From the NCBI GenBank assembly GCA_013115125.1, contig JABANN010000008.1, forward strand, positions 62,001 to 126,000: 64,000 nt of DNA, written 5' to 3'. Within the stretch, counting starts at the first letter, position 1. The number at the start of each line of letters is the position of its first letter. The position numbers were made by a program, and so were the translations under genes. This DNA comes from Perkinsus olseni. Lineage: Eukaryota. The notes under the pieces were generated by a model that did not search any database, was not told where the DNA came from, and saw only the letters and a program-made list of their open reading frames with translations. Shown here in pieces: positions 12,373-24,800 of the stretch.

Positions 12373-13415
12373 ATGTACGCAGCAGCCGCTGCTGCTTCTG
12401 TTGTGGCCCATCGGAGGGCAGTCAAACGACGGACGCTAAGTGGGGAAAGTCTGTTCGCGGTACCAACGCCTCATCGCGGTGAGACGGGTTGGTTGAGCAA
12501 AAAGAGCCTTAACAGGCTTCACCTTAACGTCCCTGACAGGCACCACACGTCACCCTGGTCGTACTGCGCACAATCTGCCTTATGCCGGCTCTCGCGGTAG
12601 TGGGAGACACCATCTCGAGATGCTCGACCACTGGTCACTGGCCCTGTCCCTAGGTACGACTGGTATGCGTGAGCCACACGAGTTCGAGCTCTTCTCGATG
12701 CCAGACCGAATGGTTAATGTAAGTAGATACAGGCCGTCGTGTTACTTCCCTCTACCGTGCACTCAGGCCCACGATCCAATTCTGATTGGGATGATTAAAG
12801 AGTACCAACGCCAACTACGCTATGAACGGGGTGAGGGTCGGACCAGCCTCTTCACGACTGCGTATGCTCGTCAAAATCGGCGTCTTTTGCAGCGACCGAT
12901 GGAGGCATTGTTCAATTCAGGGCCAGTACCTCGGCCGGTTGATGACACTACCACTACGCGTGAGCGTAAACCACCATCATTCCTTCGCAGACTAGGTCGG
13001 TGAACAACGCTATTGTGCAAGGCATTGGCGTGCTTCTCGCAGGGTCTTCAGCGCTCGCTTTGGTACGATGCCGCACCCCGGTCACGAGCGGTGCTGCTGC
13101 ATCCCGCGGAGTGCAGCCAAAATCCGCACTGTCTGCTACTAAAGAACGGTCGAGCGCTTGTCCAGAGTCTGGTATGTCGGCTGCTGTTCGACCAGCCACT
13201 CTGAGGGCGCTTTGTCATGCCTTCAGTTTCTTTACCGTCTACTACAGTACCAAGTCAGAGAGAGTCATTCACCTCACAGACATCTCGATGACAATTTCCA
13301 GCTTCGACAATCTGCATCAGCTAATTCTTTCTGCTATCGTTCAGTGGCCATCCTGCCACCGCTTTGTTATTCGGCACGTATTCATGACACGGCCACGTCA
13401 ATGCTGTTCAAATAG
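12373..13415 (+). CDS. Hypothetical spliced protein (structure uncertain)
   Basis: ATG 12373 (MYAAAAAASVVAHRR...), with several GT...YAG pairs ~48-60 nt apart linking the ORF fragments 12373, 12620, 13013 and 13158. No recognisable domain. Confidence 0.3.
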
Positions 13416-13679
13416 AATTGATGTTGGTCATTATAACAGTACGTCAATCACAACATCCCAGGAGGGCACTAGGCAACACAAGCCGCGAGTCGTCTTAACA
13501 TCTGGTAAATCAGTCATGTCTAGTGGAGGTTCAATCATTCACAGTTGGAGGAAGCATGCCACAAATAATACCTAAAGCAACCGTCCGAGTATGGCAGGCT
13601 GGCACGGACACGCACATGTCCCAGATAGACTTCTGCAGCTCTTCGTTCTTTCGATAAATCGATACTTTACGGTCGAGCC

Positions 13680-14633
13680 TCAGATCCCAAGGCCCAATCG
13701 GCTTTGGTGCCTAACGGAGATTATGCTGTGGAGTGTGACTGCACAGGAAAGCTCACGTTCGGGCAGAAGCGCGGTGCTGCGGCTGCGATCTGCAGAGACT
13801 CCGTTCTTCCTAAGGCGGCAACCGTACGGACCGATGCATTGGCTATTCCTCTGCCTGAGTGCACAGCTTACTGACATACCAACTCAAGCCGAATCACCTC
13901 GTCCTGGTCCTCGTACGCGACTGACAGTATGCATCCGGGCGGCATTCTCGTTACCAATGGATGGCCCACCGTTCTGTCTAACCTGTATCACCGTGAAACT
14001 ACACGCTGGGCGATGATAAGGCGTTCTTCACACCAGCCTCTTGTAATCCGACGCTGATCGCAAGGCTCCTCGTGATTGTAGTTTGTGCCGCAGGCTGTCA
14101 TTCGCAAGCTTGAGTCTGTGAAGCTCGTCCAGTAGTTGGGTTTTCTGGAAGTACGAACGACACCATTGATGGAACCCACGGTTGCTTCCACGTTCAAGCT
14201 CATATCGAGCAGCTACCGCGAATGCGCATCATCACCTCTCGGTCCCTCTCCACGAAGACTGCTCGCTTTACGCGCTGTTCTTCGAGAAACTGTTGGTCAT
14301 GAGCCCGTCGAAGTTTCAAGAGCTCACTGACCAGGACGACTAGATGCAACCCAGCGTGGAACAACAGAAGCCCACTTGTTGGCCTTCTTCCTTCTACTAG
14401 CCTCGACGGCCAATAATATCTTCAGATGGTCGACATCATCTGTATCAGGATTTGCTTCGTAAGGATCGTCGAAGGAGCTTTGTGAGAATCTCCTACAGGA
14501 CGGATTGACTACCGCGAATGACATTGCAGCCGTACTTGTATAAGATAGATAGCCCTTTAGCCACCCGCGAACCTTCAGGCCGACAAGGCTCCATCGTTAA
14601 GACATGCGATGGGAAAGCAGCACTGTTCTGCAT
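13680..14633 (-). CDS. Hypothetical spliced, probably coiled-coil protein (ends uncertain)
   Basis: Minus-strand segments VVLVSELLKLRRAHDQQFLEEQRVKRAVFVERDRE and KTQLLDELHRLKLANDSLRHKLQSR are separated by a GT-AG intron and look heptad-like. Candidate ATG at 14633. Confidence 0.3.
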
Positions 14634-15660
14634 TGCAATAGAGTAATTAAAATCGGTGAGATAGAATGGTCTCCTTAAGATGCCAGTTGCTATACAACAT
14701 GTACGACACACCGCTGTTAAACTTTGCCGAACATGTAAGAGTTCAAGTTCACAGTGATAGCGGTGGTCATGTAGTATAGCTTCGCTTACTATGCCGAGTT
14801 CGTATAGTCGTCAAGACGAACCAAGCAGGAAATACGAAGCCGAACAGTAATGCTCTGTACGGGATTACCGCAGTAGGTACTACGACGTAGACATAATCGA
14901 CGCGCGGCATAGCTCCGAGCGTGCACGCTACATTGAGAAAATGCAAGATTCGTAAGATAGGCAAGTGTCGGCGCAGGATCGAAACTGATCGGAAGTTGCT
15001 CGGGGCCCGCGTTCGTCAGGCCTGTGAAGCCGCGTGTAGCATGCTTATTCTACATAATACGACACTATAAACTATAGGGTTCCGCCTCTACACTGCACCG
15101 CTACTGTTGTTGGCCTCTTCTAAAGTCCCCCAGTTGGAAATTCTCAGGTCCACGCGGACACGGCCGGCTGGCAGCGTCAATCCGAATGAGCTGATTTGTA
15201 TGATAAAACTCACTACTGTATGCTCTAATAATCAACCACTGCACTTCGCTCGTCACTCTGCTCTTTCTGCTACCTACATCTTCGTATCTTGGGTTTGTCA
15301 ATCGACTTTTCACGATGGTTCGTGTGGCCTCGGTCACTGCTTACGATGGAATTAGCTATATATCGTTAAACCAGCGGCCGATGCCTGGTGGATTTGAGAA
15401 ACACCTGCCTTGCTCGTCTCTTCACTGGCTTGCACGCGTAGAGGCATTGACGGTTGAGCGAGGTTGTTCGGGCACTACCGTCGTCATCGCACCGGATATC
15501 GGGGTCCTTCTCGGCTGCTGCTCTTCTTCCTTACAGGTTTTGCCTTTCTCGGGATTGTTACCCGTGAAGGCCCATCACCCTGGGTATGGCATAATTCGTC
15601 TTCTGCTCTTAATAAGGCAAGACAATTAATACTGAGAGTGTAATACATCCCACGCCACCG

Positions 15661-15683
15661 CTCCTCATCGTTGTCGCCTTCAG
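15661..15683 (+). promoter_or_regulatory. Candidate splice or spliced-leader trans-splice acceptor upstream of the giant gene
   Basis: Pyrimidine-rich ctcctcatcgttgtcgccttcag ends 12 nt before ATG 15696. A similar tract (gtgtacttctgcag, ending at 4124) precedes UBC6. SL trans-splicing is known in Perkinsus and dinoflagellates; applying it here is inference. Confidence 0.35.
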
Positions 15684-15695
15684 GCTGTTAATAAG

Positions 15696-15825
15696 ATGCA
15701 TTTTCCTATGCACCGCTGGCACTTGATAATATTGTGGCTCACACTTCTGCCACTACAGGTGAGCAGATCGCCGGTTAGTTCCCAGCAAGGCTCACTGCTT
15801 TCCTGCTGCTCAGCTCGTACAGGGA
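15696..15825 (+). other. Predicted N-terminal signal peptide of the giant protein
   Basis: MHFPMHRWHLIILWLTLLPLQ|LVQG-WV: basic n-region, hydrophobic core and a V-x-G cleavage motif, split by intron 15759-15813. Confidence 0.75.
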
Positions 15826-18800
15826 TGGGTTCTTGTTGGACGCCGTGGTGACATAACACTACTAGGCCCGCTCACGGTCGACCCTAGCCCCGCACAGGTA
15901 GGCAAACGCGCTTGAAGCTAGGTAGAAGGCGTCTCTGCACAGGCCTCGAGATTTGCTTTAAATAAGCAAGGCCTGCCACAGTGGGATTTCGTGGCGAAGA
16001 AGGAGCTGACGGGCGTGGAAATGAAGACCGACTTGCACATCATGGCCCACGACATCATCGGTGAGCAATCTGTGTTCTCCGTTTCCCCCTGTAGTGCTAT
16101 CAATAGGCGCGGATCCGGTGTCGGTGCTGATATTGATGCTGGACGATGGAAGAGAAGGAGGCGCTATGATTGCACCCCCAGACGGTTCAGGTAAAAGCAT
16201 TCTCGTGTTGTCGTTCTTGTGTTGATTGACTCATCGTTTACTCAGCTGAGCTGCCGCGGTATTACAAGAAGGCCATATTCAACAGTTCGATGGAGGTGCT
16301 TGATGTGGCAGTTTTCAAGAAGTCGCTCTCGGTAGGACCGGTGATTTACGTCGGAGATGGTACTGAGCACTAACAGGTTGAGGAAGCCGTACACTTCTCG
16401 GCCGCCCTGTCGGTCACTGGAGAGTCGGCCTTTTGGAGGCAAGCTCAGTTCTTTTCGAATCTGTGGATCTCGACCAAGCGACCAGGTGAGAGCGGTATCA
16501 ATCCAGTAATACCTTTGAAGCGTTTGGATGGCTATAGGAAAACCTGATGACCCTGAGGATCCGGACGAGTCTAAACGGCCACAGGTCTCAGTCATGGGCT
16601 TCTCTCGTCTGGGGAACTATGTGTAAGTGTGCCCTCGTTGCTCGCCTCGTCGGTCCCATAGTTGCCCCTTGCTCAGACATATGTACGATCGTGTGGTACT
16701 CGGCTCGACTCTGTCGGTGCGATCCTTCGTTCGGCTTGGAAGCACTATAAGTGTTCAAGAGATCGCCACAGTGGGATCGAGCTTGTCCGTTGAAGTGAGC
16801 TGCTGCAGGGGACGGCCAACCTCTCTGATGGCTGTGCTTTCATCAGGGGTTCATCAACATCGGCAACTCTGAGCCCACCGACCCACAAATTGGGACCCCA
16901 GACTCCGGCTACGGCCTTAGCGTAGGCGCTCATCGTGGAAACACTGGTACGAAACACTCCTTCCATAGGTTTACGGAGCGGCAGTACTTCGCTCGACCGT
17001 CAGCATCTTCGACTACGTGTCCATGGGCAGCTCCCTTTCGGTATACAACTTCGCTAAGCTTGGCAGCGGCCTCTCCCTTTTTAATTCGGCGGTGAGTCGT
17101 CCTCGTCTCTCTCCGATGCGGAATCTTTCCTGCTCAGATGTTCGGGTCGTCGATGTCCGTCTTGGACTATGCAACGTTCGGTAGCTCGGCCTCGATCCGA
17201 ACCTATGCCAGAATTGGCAGTGCGCTCTCCCTGTACGGCACGACACGCCTCGGCAGCCGCCTCTCTGTTCTGGACTGGGTACGGCCACTATTCCTCCCAG
17301 CTGTATCAATTGCCCCTCCTCATCTCAGATCACCCTAGGCAGCTCAGCCTCCATTCGAGCTTCCTTCCGCCTGGGCAGCTTCATGTCTGTTGCTGGTAAG
17401 TTGTGGTACTCTTCTCTACACTGATAAGGTCGTTGTCTGCTGCCAGGTCGAGCCCGCCTAGGGAAATCCCTCACCACGTTGGACTTCATCAACATCGGCA
17501 GCTCACTGTCGTTACAGTCCTTCATGCGGCTCGGCAGTGCGACCTCACTGTAATGACGTCTGCGACTAACGCTCTGCGCCGTCATCAGCTCCTCAGATTC
17601 GGAGCCTCTCGTTTTGGCGCATCCCTGTCCGTCCTCGACTTGGCGACACTGAGCTCATCCCTGAGCCTTCGAGGATTCGCTCGGATTGGCAGCACTTGCA
17701 GCCTCTTCGACCGTGCAGTCCTTGGCTCTAGCTTGAGCGTAAGATCGGTTCTGCCCCCTGACACCCGGCCAAGTGCTCCTTCTCAGGTCCTCGATTTCTC
17801 CACGCTAGGGTCGTCGCTCTCCCTCCAAAAATTCGCACGGAGCGGCTCTTCGATATCGGTATACGGCATGGCTCGCTTCGGCTCATCTCTATCGGGCCTG
17901 GACTTCATCAACCTGGGATCCGCTATGAGTATCCGAGGTTTCACGAGATTCGGTTCGGATCTGTCCTGCTACGGTCTGGCCCGGATCGGTTCGAGCCTCT
18001 CCGCCATAGACTCGATAGCTCTGGGCAGCTCGCTGTCCTTGCGGGCAGCGGCTCGCCTGGGCTCGTCCCTTTCTATGCACAGCTACTTCCGTATGGGTAA
18101 AGGATTCTCGCTGTTGGACACTGCAGCGTTGGGCTCCTCGATCAGTCTGAGAGCTGTCTCAAGGTTCGGAAGTGCTCTGTCGGTGTGCGGTGTTGGACGC
18201 TTCGGCTCGGCGCTGTCTCTCCTGGATGCAGCGACTCTCGGCAGCAGCATGTCACTGCGACAATACGTTAGAGTGGGCAGCTCCCTCTCCTTGGTGTCCC
18301 GTGCTCGTCTTGGCGACGGCCTCTCCGTCCTGGACTACGCACGTGCTGGCAGCTCCTTGTCCCTCCGCTCTCTCGCTAGACTCGGCTCTAGCCTATCTTG
18401 CTACGCTACCACAAGGCTAGGGAGCAGTGCTTCAATCCTAGACCGCATCCATTTGGGATCATCACTGTCGTTAAGGTCCGCGACAAGGGCGGGTTCGAGC
18501 CTCTCCGTATTCGGTCTGGCCCGCCTTGGCAGCTCTGTCTCGGCACTGCACACAGCCACTCTGGGCAGCTCCTTCTCGTTGAGATCCTTCATGAGGATGG
18601 GCTCGGCAGTGTCGGCCTGTGGACTGGCACGATTTGGTTCCTCGTCATCCGTCCTTGATTTCGCCATACTGGGCAGCTCGCTATCTCTACGCCAGATGAG
18701 CCGCCTTGGCAGCGCCCTCTCCCTCCTCGGTATCGGTCGCTTGGCCTCCACGGCCAGTATCCTGGACTACCTTCAACTCGGTAGCAGTCTTTCTGTCCGT

Positions 18801-21800
18801 AACCTAGCCCGCATCGGTAGTGCCCTGTCAACTGCCGGCCTGGCTCGGATAGGAGCTACTATCTCAGCTCTAGACCTGATCAACCTCGGTTCCTCCTTGT
18901 CTGCCCGAGCGTTCGCTCGGCTCGGCTCGTCCCTGTCGACCCACAGTCTCAGCCGATTGGGTGACAGCCTTTCGGCTCTCTCCTTTGCTTTCCTAGGATC
19001 GTCTCTCTCCCTTCGTGGCCAGGCTCGCCTCGGAAGCGCCTTGTCGACTTTTGGCTTGTCCAGACTCGGCTCTTCCCTGTCTGTCCTAGACTACGCCCTT
19101 TGTGGTAGTACGATGTCCTTGCGGTCCTACGCTCGCTTCGGCTCTGCCGTCTCCCTGTTCGGCAGCCTCCGGGCAGGCGCCTCTTCCAGTGTGCTGGACT
19201 TTTCCTCGTTCGGCAGCGCCCTGTCTCTGCGTGGTCTGGCTCGCTTCGGGAGCGCTGTATCATCATTCGGTCTCTGCAGACTAGGTAGTCACCTATCTGT
19301 CGTCAGCGCGGCCCACCTAGGCAGTAGCGTGTCGATGCGGCAATTCTCCCGGCTAGGGAGCGTTCTCAGTGTCTTCAGTGCCTCCAGGCTGGGCCTGACG
19401 CTCTCCACTCTGGACTCCGTAGCCGTCGGCTCAGCCCTCTCTGCGAGGGCCTTCGGTCGTACTGGTAGCTCGGTGTCGGTGTACGGTTGCTCCCGCCTAG
19501 GGTCGAGCCTGTCGGTGTTGGACTTCGGCCTTGGTGGCAGCTCACTCTCCCTTAGAGCATTCGCTCGTCTGGGCAGCTCAGTCTCGCTGCACTACCTTGC
19601 CCGCTTCGGCAACACCCTCAGCTTGCTCGACTTCGCTGCCCTCGGATCCACTCAGTCTTTACGATCCTTTGCTCGCCTCGGCAGCAGCCTTTCCGTTGTT
19701 GGCATGGCCCGCCTGGGCTCGCAAATATCGGTGCTCGACTTCGCCACCTGCGCCTCCTCTCTTTCCTTGAGGACCTTTGCTCGCGCTGGCAGCGGCCTGT
19801 CGGTGTTTTCTGTTGCCAGGATGGGTAGCTCCATCTCAACCCTCGGCTTCATGGCCCTCGGCAGTTCTCTGTCAGTCAGGAACTTCGCTCGCCTTGGCAG
19901 CACTATCAGCGTCTTCAGCCTCTGCCGGATGGGCAGCAGCCTGTCGATAGTAGACTTCACTAACCTTGCCAGTGTGACATCGCTCCGTTCCTTCTCGAGG
20001 TTCGGATCGAGTTGTTCGATTTACGGTATGGCGCGTATAGGCTGCAGTATGTCGGTCCTGGACCTCGTAAACTTCGGCAGTACGATGTCCATCAGATCCA
20101 GCTTGAGGTTCGGCAGCTCCCTCTCTGTGTACGGCAAAGTCCGCCACAGCAGTGCTGTCTCTATGCTAGACATGCTAGCTCTAGGCAGTAGCATGTCCCT
20201 CAGGGCCTTTTTTCGAGCAGGCTCCGCGGTCTCAGTCTTCAGCATGGCACGCTTGGGGAGTATCCTCTCAACATACGACAGCATTACTCTCGGCAGTGCC
20301 CTCTCTTTGCGTGGTCTTATGAAGCTTGGCAGTGCAGTATCGGTGTTCGGCCAGACCAGGTTCGGCTCCCAGCTCTCCAACCTCGGCTTTGCCACGCTCA
20401 GCTCCTCGATGTCGATCCGATCCTTCGCTCGCTTCGGCAGCACCATCTCCCTCCTGGCCACGGCACAGCTGGGCTCGGCCCTCTCTGTTATGACCTTCAC
20501 TGCACTCGGGAGCGCGCTGTCGCTGAGGTCGATGGGTCGTGTAGGCAGTCAGATCTCAACCTACGGCGTGTCGAGGTTTGGCAGCAGCATCTCCGTGCTA
20601 GACTTCGTAGCTGTTGGTAGTGCTCTCTCCCTTCGAGCACACATCCGGGCCGGAAGCACTCTCTCAGTGGCAGCTGCAGCCAGGTTCGCTCACAGCCTCT
20701 CGGTACTGGACTACCTCGCCCTGGGCAGTACGATGAGTATCCGATCCAGCTCTAGGCTGGGCAGTACTCTCTCAGTGTACTCCACCTCAAGGCTGGGGAG
20801 CTCCTTGTCCACCCTGGGTTGTGTCACCCTTGCCTCCGCCCTCTCCTTGCGGTCCTTGGTCCGCATGGGCTCGACTGTGTCCCTCTTCGGAACGACCCGT
20901 CTAGGCTCGGGCTTCAGCGTCCTGGACCTGAGCGCCCTAGGATCCTGTCTGTCAGTCCGGGGGGCTATAAGAGCCGGCAGCACCATTTCGGTCTACGGCA
21001 CTTCTACCCTGGGCTCTGCAGCTTCCGTTCTAGACTTCACCGCTCTGGGCTCTGCTCTGTCTCTAAGGAACTTCGCCCGCTTCGGTAGCCAGATCTCAGT
21101 ATACGGTATGAGTCGGATGGGGGACTCAGTCTCCGTGCTGGACTTCGTCCATCTTGGCAGTGCCTTCTCCCTCAGAGGGCACACCCGAATCGGTTCGGCC
21201 TTCTCGGTGGCCGGTCTGGCTCGACTCGGCTGCTCGATGTCAGTGCTGGACTACGTGACTCTGGGCTCGACGCTCTCTCTCCAACAGCATGCGAGATTCG
21301 GTCGTGCTGCATCAGTCTTCTCGACAGCCAGGCTGGGCCTCACGGCATCGGTGCTCGACTGTGTTCACCTCGGTAGCTCCCTCTCCATGCGCTCCCTGGC
21401 AAGGCTAGGATCGACATTGTCCACATTCGCCTCGGCACGCCTGGGCCAGGGTCTGTCTGTGTGCGACTTCTCCCACCTCGGCAGTGCCCTCTCGGTCCGG
21501 TCTGTGATGCGGCTCGGCTCGGCGTTCTCGGCCTTCCGTGGCGCCCGTATAAGCGGCAGCTCCTCAGTCTTGGACTTCCTTGCCTTGGGGTCGTCCATGT
21601 CCCTCCGTGGGGTGGCAAGGCTAGGCTCTACCCTCTCACTGGTTGGTACAGCCAGGCTGGCCAGCTCGACTTCAATCCTGGACTGGGGAGCCCTTGGCAG
21701 TTCGCTATCCTTGCGAGCCATTGCTCGCCTGGGATCGAGTCTCTCCTCGTTTGGAAGTGCTGATATCGGCTCCAGTGCTTCAATCCTCGGTTACAGCCTG

Positions 21801-24800
21801 ATCGGTAGCTCCCTATCTCTGCGTGGACTGTTGAGAGCCGGCAGTGCATTTTCGGTCTATGGGGGTGCTCGACTCGGTCTCTCTCTGAGTACGGTCGACC
21901 TCGTTTCCCTCGGCAGTGCCCTGTCGCTCCGTGGCTTCATGCGTTCGGGCAGCAGTCTGTCACTGCACGCCTCGGCCAGGTTTGGGTCGCTTATCAGCTC
22001 TTTGGACCACACCTGGCTGGGCAGCTCACTGTCCCTCAGAGCTGTCGGCAGGTTTGGTAGTTCCCTATCAGCCTATGGCTCGGCACGACTCGGAAGCGAC
22101 TTGTCCATGCTAGCCTACGCGACTCTGGGCTCAACCCTCTCCGTGCGCTCCCTCGCTCGGGCGGGTAGTGCTCTCTCAGTCTTCGGAGGCTCCCGTCTTG
22201 GCTCGTCAGCTTCGGTCTTCGACTACGTCCATGTCGGCTCATCATTATCACTACGCTCCTACGCTAGGCTGGGCAGCTCCCTCTCCGTTTACGGCTCCAC
22301 GCATCTATCGGACTACTTCTCAGCCCGCCAGCTATGCGATCTTGGCTCGACACTGTCCGTGCGGGCGACAGGACGCCTTGGCTCGGGACTCTCCGTGTTC
22401 GCCACCTCGAGGCTCGGCAGTTCGCTGTCAACGCTGGACTACGTCGTCCTGGGCAGCTCCCTGTCGGTCAGAAGCTGCGCTAGGCTCGGCAGCGACCTCT
22501 CGGTGTACTCATGGACGAGGCTCGGCGATAAGCTATCAGTCCTGGACTACAGCGGTCTTGGCAGCGCCCTGTCCATCCGCTCCTACTCCAGACTAGGCAG
22601 TACCTTTTCGATCCACAGTTCACTCTGGGCTGGCTCTGTTATCAGTGCCCGTGGCATCCTCAAGCTTGGGAGCACCCTAAGTGCGTTCTCCTACACTAGG
22701 TTTGGCTCCACCATGTCCCTCTTTGATGCCACTACTTTGGGCAGCACCTTGAGCCTTCGTTCTTCAGCTCGTCTGGGGTCTGACATGTCGGTCTACGGCC
22801 TAGCCAGGTTGGGAGGCTCTCTTTCGGTGCTGTACCACAGTCATCTAGGCAGCTCCCTTTCACTGAGGAGCTTCGCTAGGCTGGGCAGCGGTGTGTCGGC
22901 CTACGATCGAGCCCGTCTCGGGTCGTCCGTGTCGATCCTCGACTTCCTGCATCTGGGCAGCTCCTTGTCTCTGCAGGCTCACGCCAGGCTTGGCAGCTCT
23001 CTGTCAGTCTACGACTGCACCAGACTCGGCCGATCTGTGACAGTTCTGGACTTCCTCCAGCTCGGGAGTACTCTTAGCCTACGTGCAACGGCCCGGCTTG
23101 GCAGCACTCTGTCAGCGTACGGGGTAGCAAGGTTCGGAGCCTCTCTATCAGCCTTGGATTACACAGTGATCTCAAGCTCGCTATCCCTGCGTGCTTTCAC
23201 TCGGCTGGGCAGTACACTGTCGACCTTCGCCACGACTCGCTGCGGAAGCTCTCTGTCCACTCTGGGCTCCGTGCACCTGGGCAGCGCCTTGTCCATTAGG
23301 GGCGTCACTCGGGGTGGGTCGGCTCTATCTCTCTTCGGTCTGGGGAGACTAGGCTCCACGCTGTCCACACTGGACTCGGTCGAGCTTGGCAGCACTCTCT
23401 CACTGAGGTCCTTCTCCCGGCTCGGGTCGTATCTGTCGACCTTCGGCGAGACTAGGCTCGGCAGTCGTATGTCTTTGGTCGAGTTCGCCTCTCTCGGGAG
23501 TAGCCTATCACTCCGTTCCACAGCTAGGCTCGGATCAGCGCTGTCGATGGTGTCCCTGTTCCGAGCCGGTAGTAGTGGATCCATTCTCGACTTCGTGATG
23601 CTAAGTTCGACAATGTCCCTGAGGTCATTTGTGAGGTTCGGCAGTGCTGTCAGCGTGTACGGCTTGGCCCGCTTCGGCAGCGTTCTCTCGGCCCTCGACT
23701 TCGTTGAGCTTGGGTCCACTCTCTCTATAAGGTCCTTATCAAGGCTGGGCAGCCACGTCTCAGTGTACGGACTGTCAAGGCTCGGCGATGCCCTGTCGGT
23801 CATGGACTACGCTGCTACAGGGAGCTCCCTCAGCCTACGGTCCCTCGTCCGTATGGGCTCCTCCTTGTCGGTGTACACTCATGCTCGAGTTGGCGGGTCT
23901 ATGTCGGTGCTAGACTACCTCATCCTCGGCTCTTCCCTCTCCCTTCGTAACTCCCTGCGAGTTGGCAGCTCCCTGTCGCTGCTAGGCAGGGCAAGGATCG
24001 GTTCCTCGGTGTCCATAGTGGACTTCTCCCACCTTGGATCATCGCTCTCCTTGCGTAGTGTGACTAGGCTTGGCAGCAGCCTCTCGGTATACGACCAAGC
24101 GAGGATAGCGGGCTCCCTGTCGGTCCTAGACTACCTCATCCTCGGCAGCTGCCTGTCCTTACGTGGTGTCGCCCGACTGGGCAGCTCAGTGTCCATCACC
24201 GGAGAGCTCAGAGCCGTAGCACCGATATCGGTCACTGACTTCTTCCAGATTGGCTCTGGTCTTTCGATCCGCTCGTACGGTCGTCTCGGCAGCAGCCTGT
24301 CTGTCTTCGGCGTGGCTCGTTTCGGCTCCTCCCTCTCCTTGGTGGACTTCACGCACCTCGGCTCATCGATCTCCATCCGAAGCTTCTCCCGCTTCGGGAG
24401 CTGCCTGTCTGCCTTTGGCCTTGCCAGGATCGGAGGCTCAATCTCCGTCCTTGACTTCGCGAAGCTGTCCTCGAGTATGTCACTGCGGTCCCTTGCTCGG
24501 CTCGGCTCGACCCTCTCGGTCTTCGACGGGGCTCGTTTCGGCAGCACGATGAGCGTCATGCACTTCGCCTCCTTGGGCAGCGCCCTTTCCATCCGAAAGC
24601 TCCTCCGCGTTGGGAGCTCAATGTCGCTGCTCGAGGGAGCTCGGTTGAGCTCCAGCGTATCCATCCTGGACTTCGCTACTCTGGGCAGTAGTCTCTCGCT
24701 GAGAGCCTTCACAAGGTTCGGCAGCAGCCTTTCTACTTTCGGTCGTGCCAGGGTTGGAGAGAGTCTCTCGGCGTGTGGGCAAGCCTCTCTCAGCAGCAGT

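Noticed and set aside
14700-15660. Short ORFs upstream of the giant gene
   Set aside because: No consistent exon chain or recognisable domain; treated as intergenic or promoter sequence.
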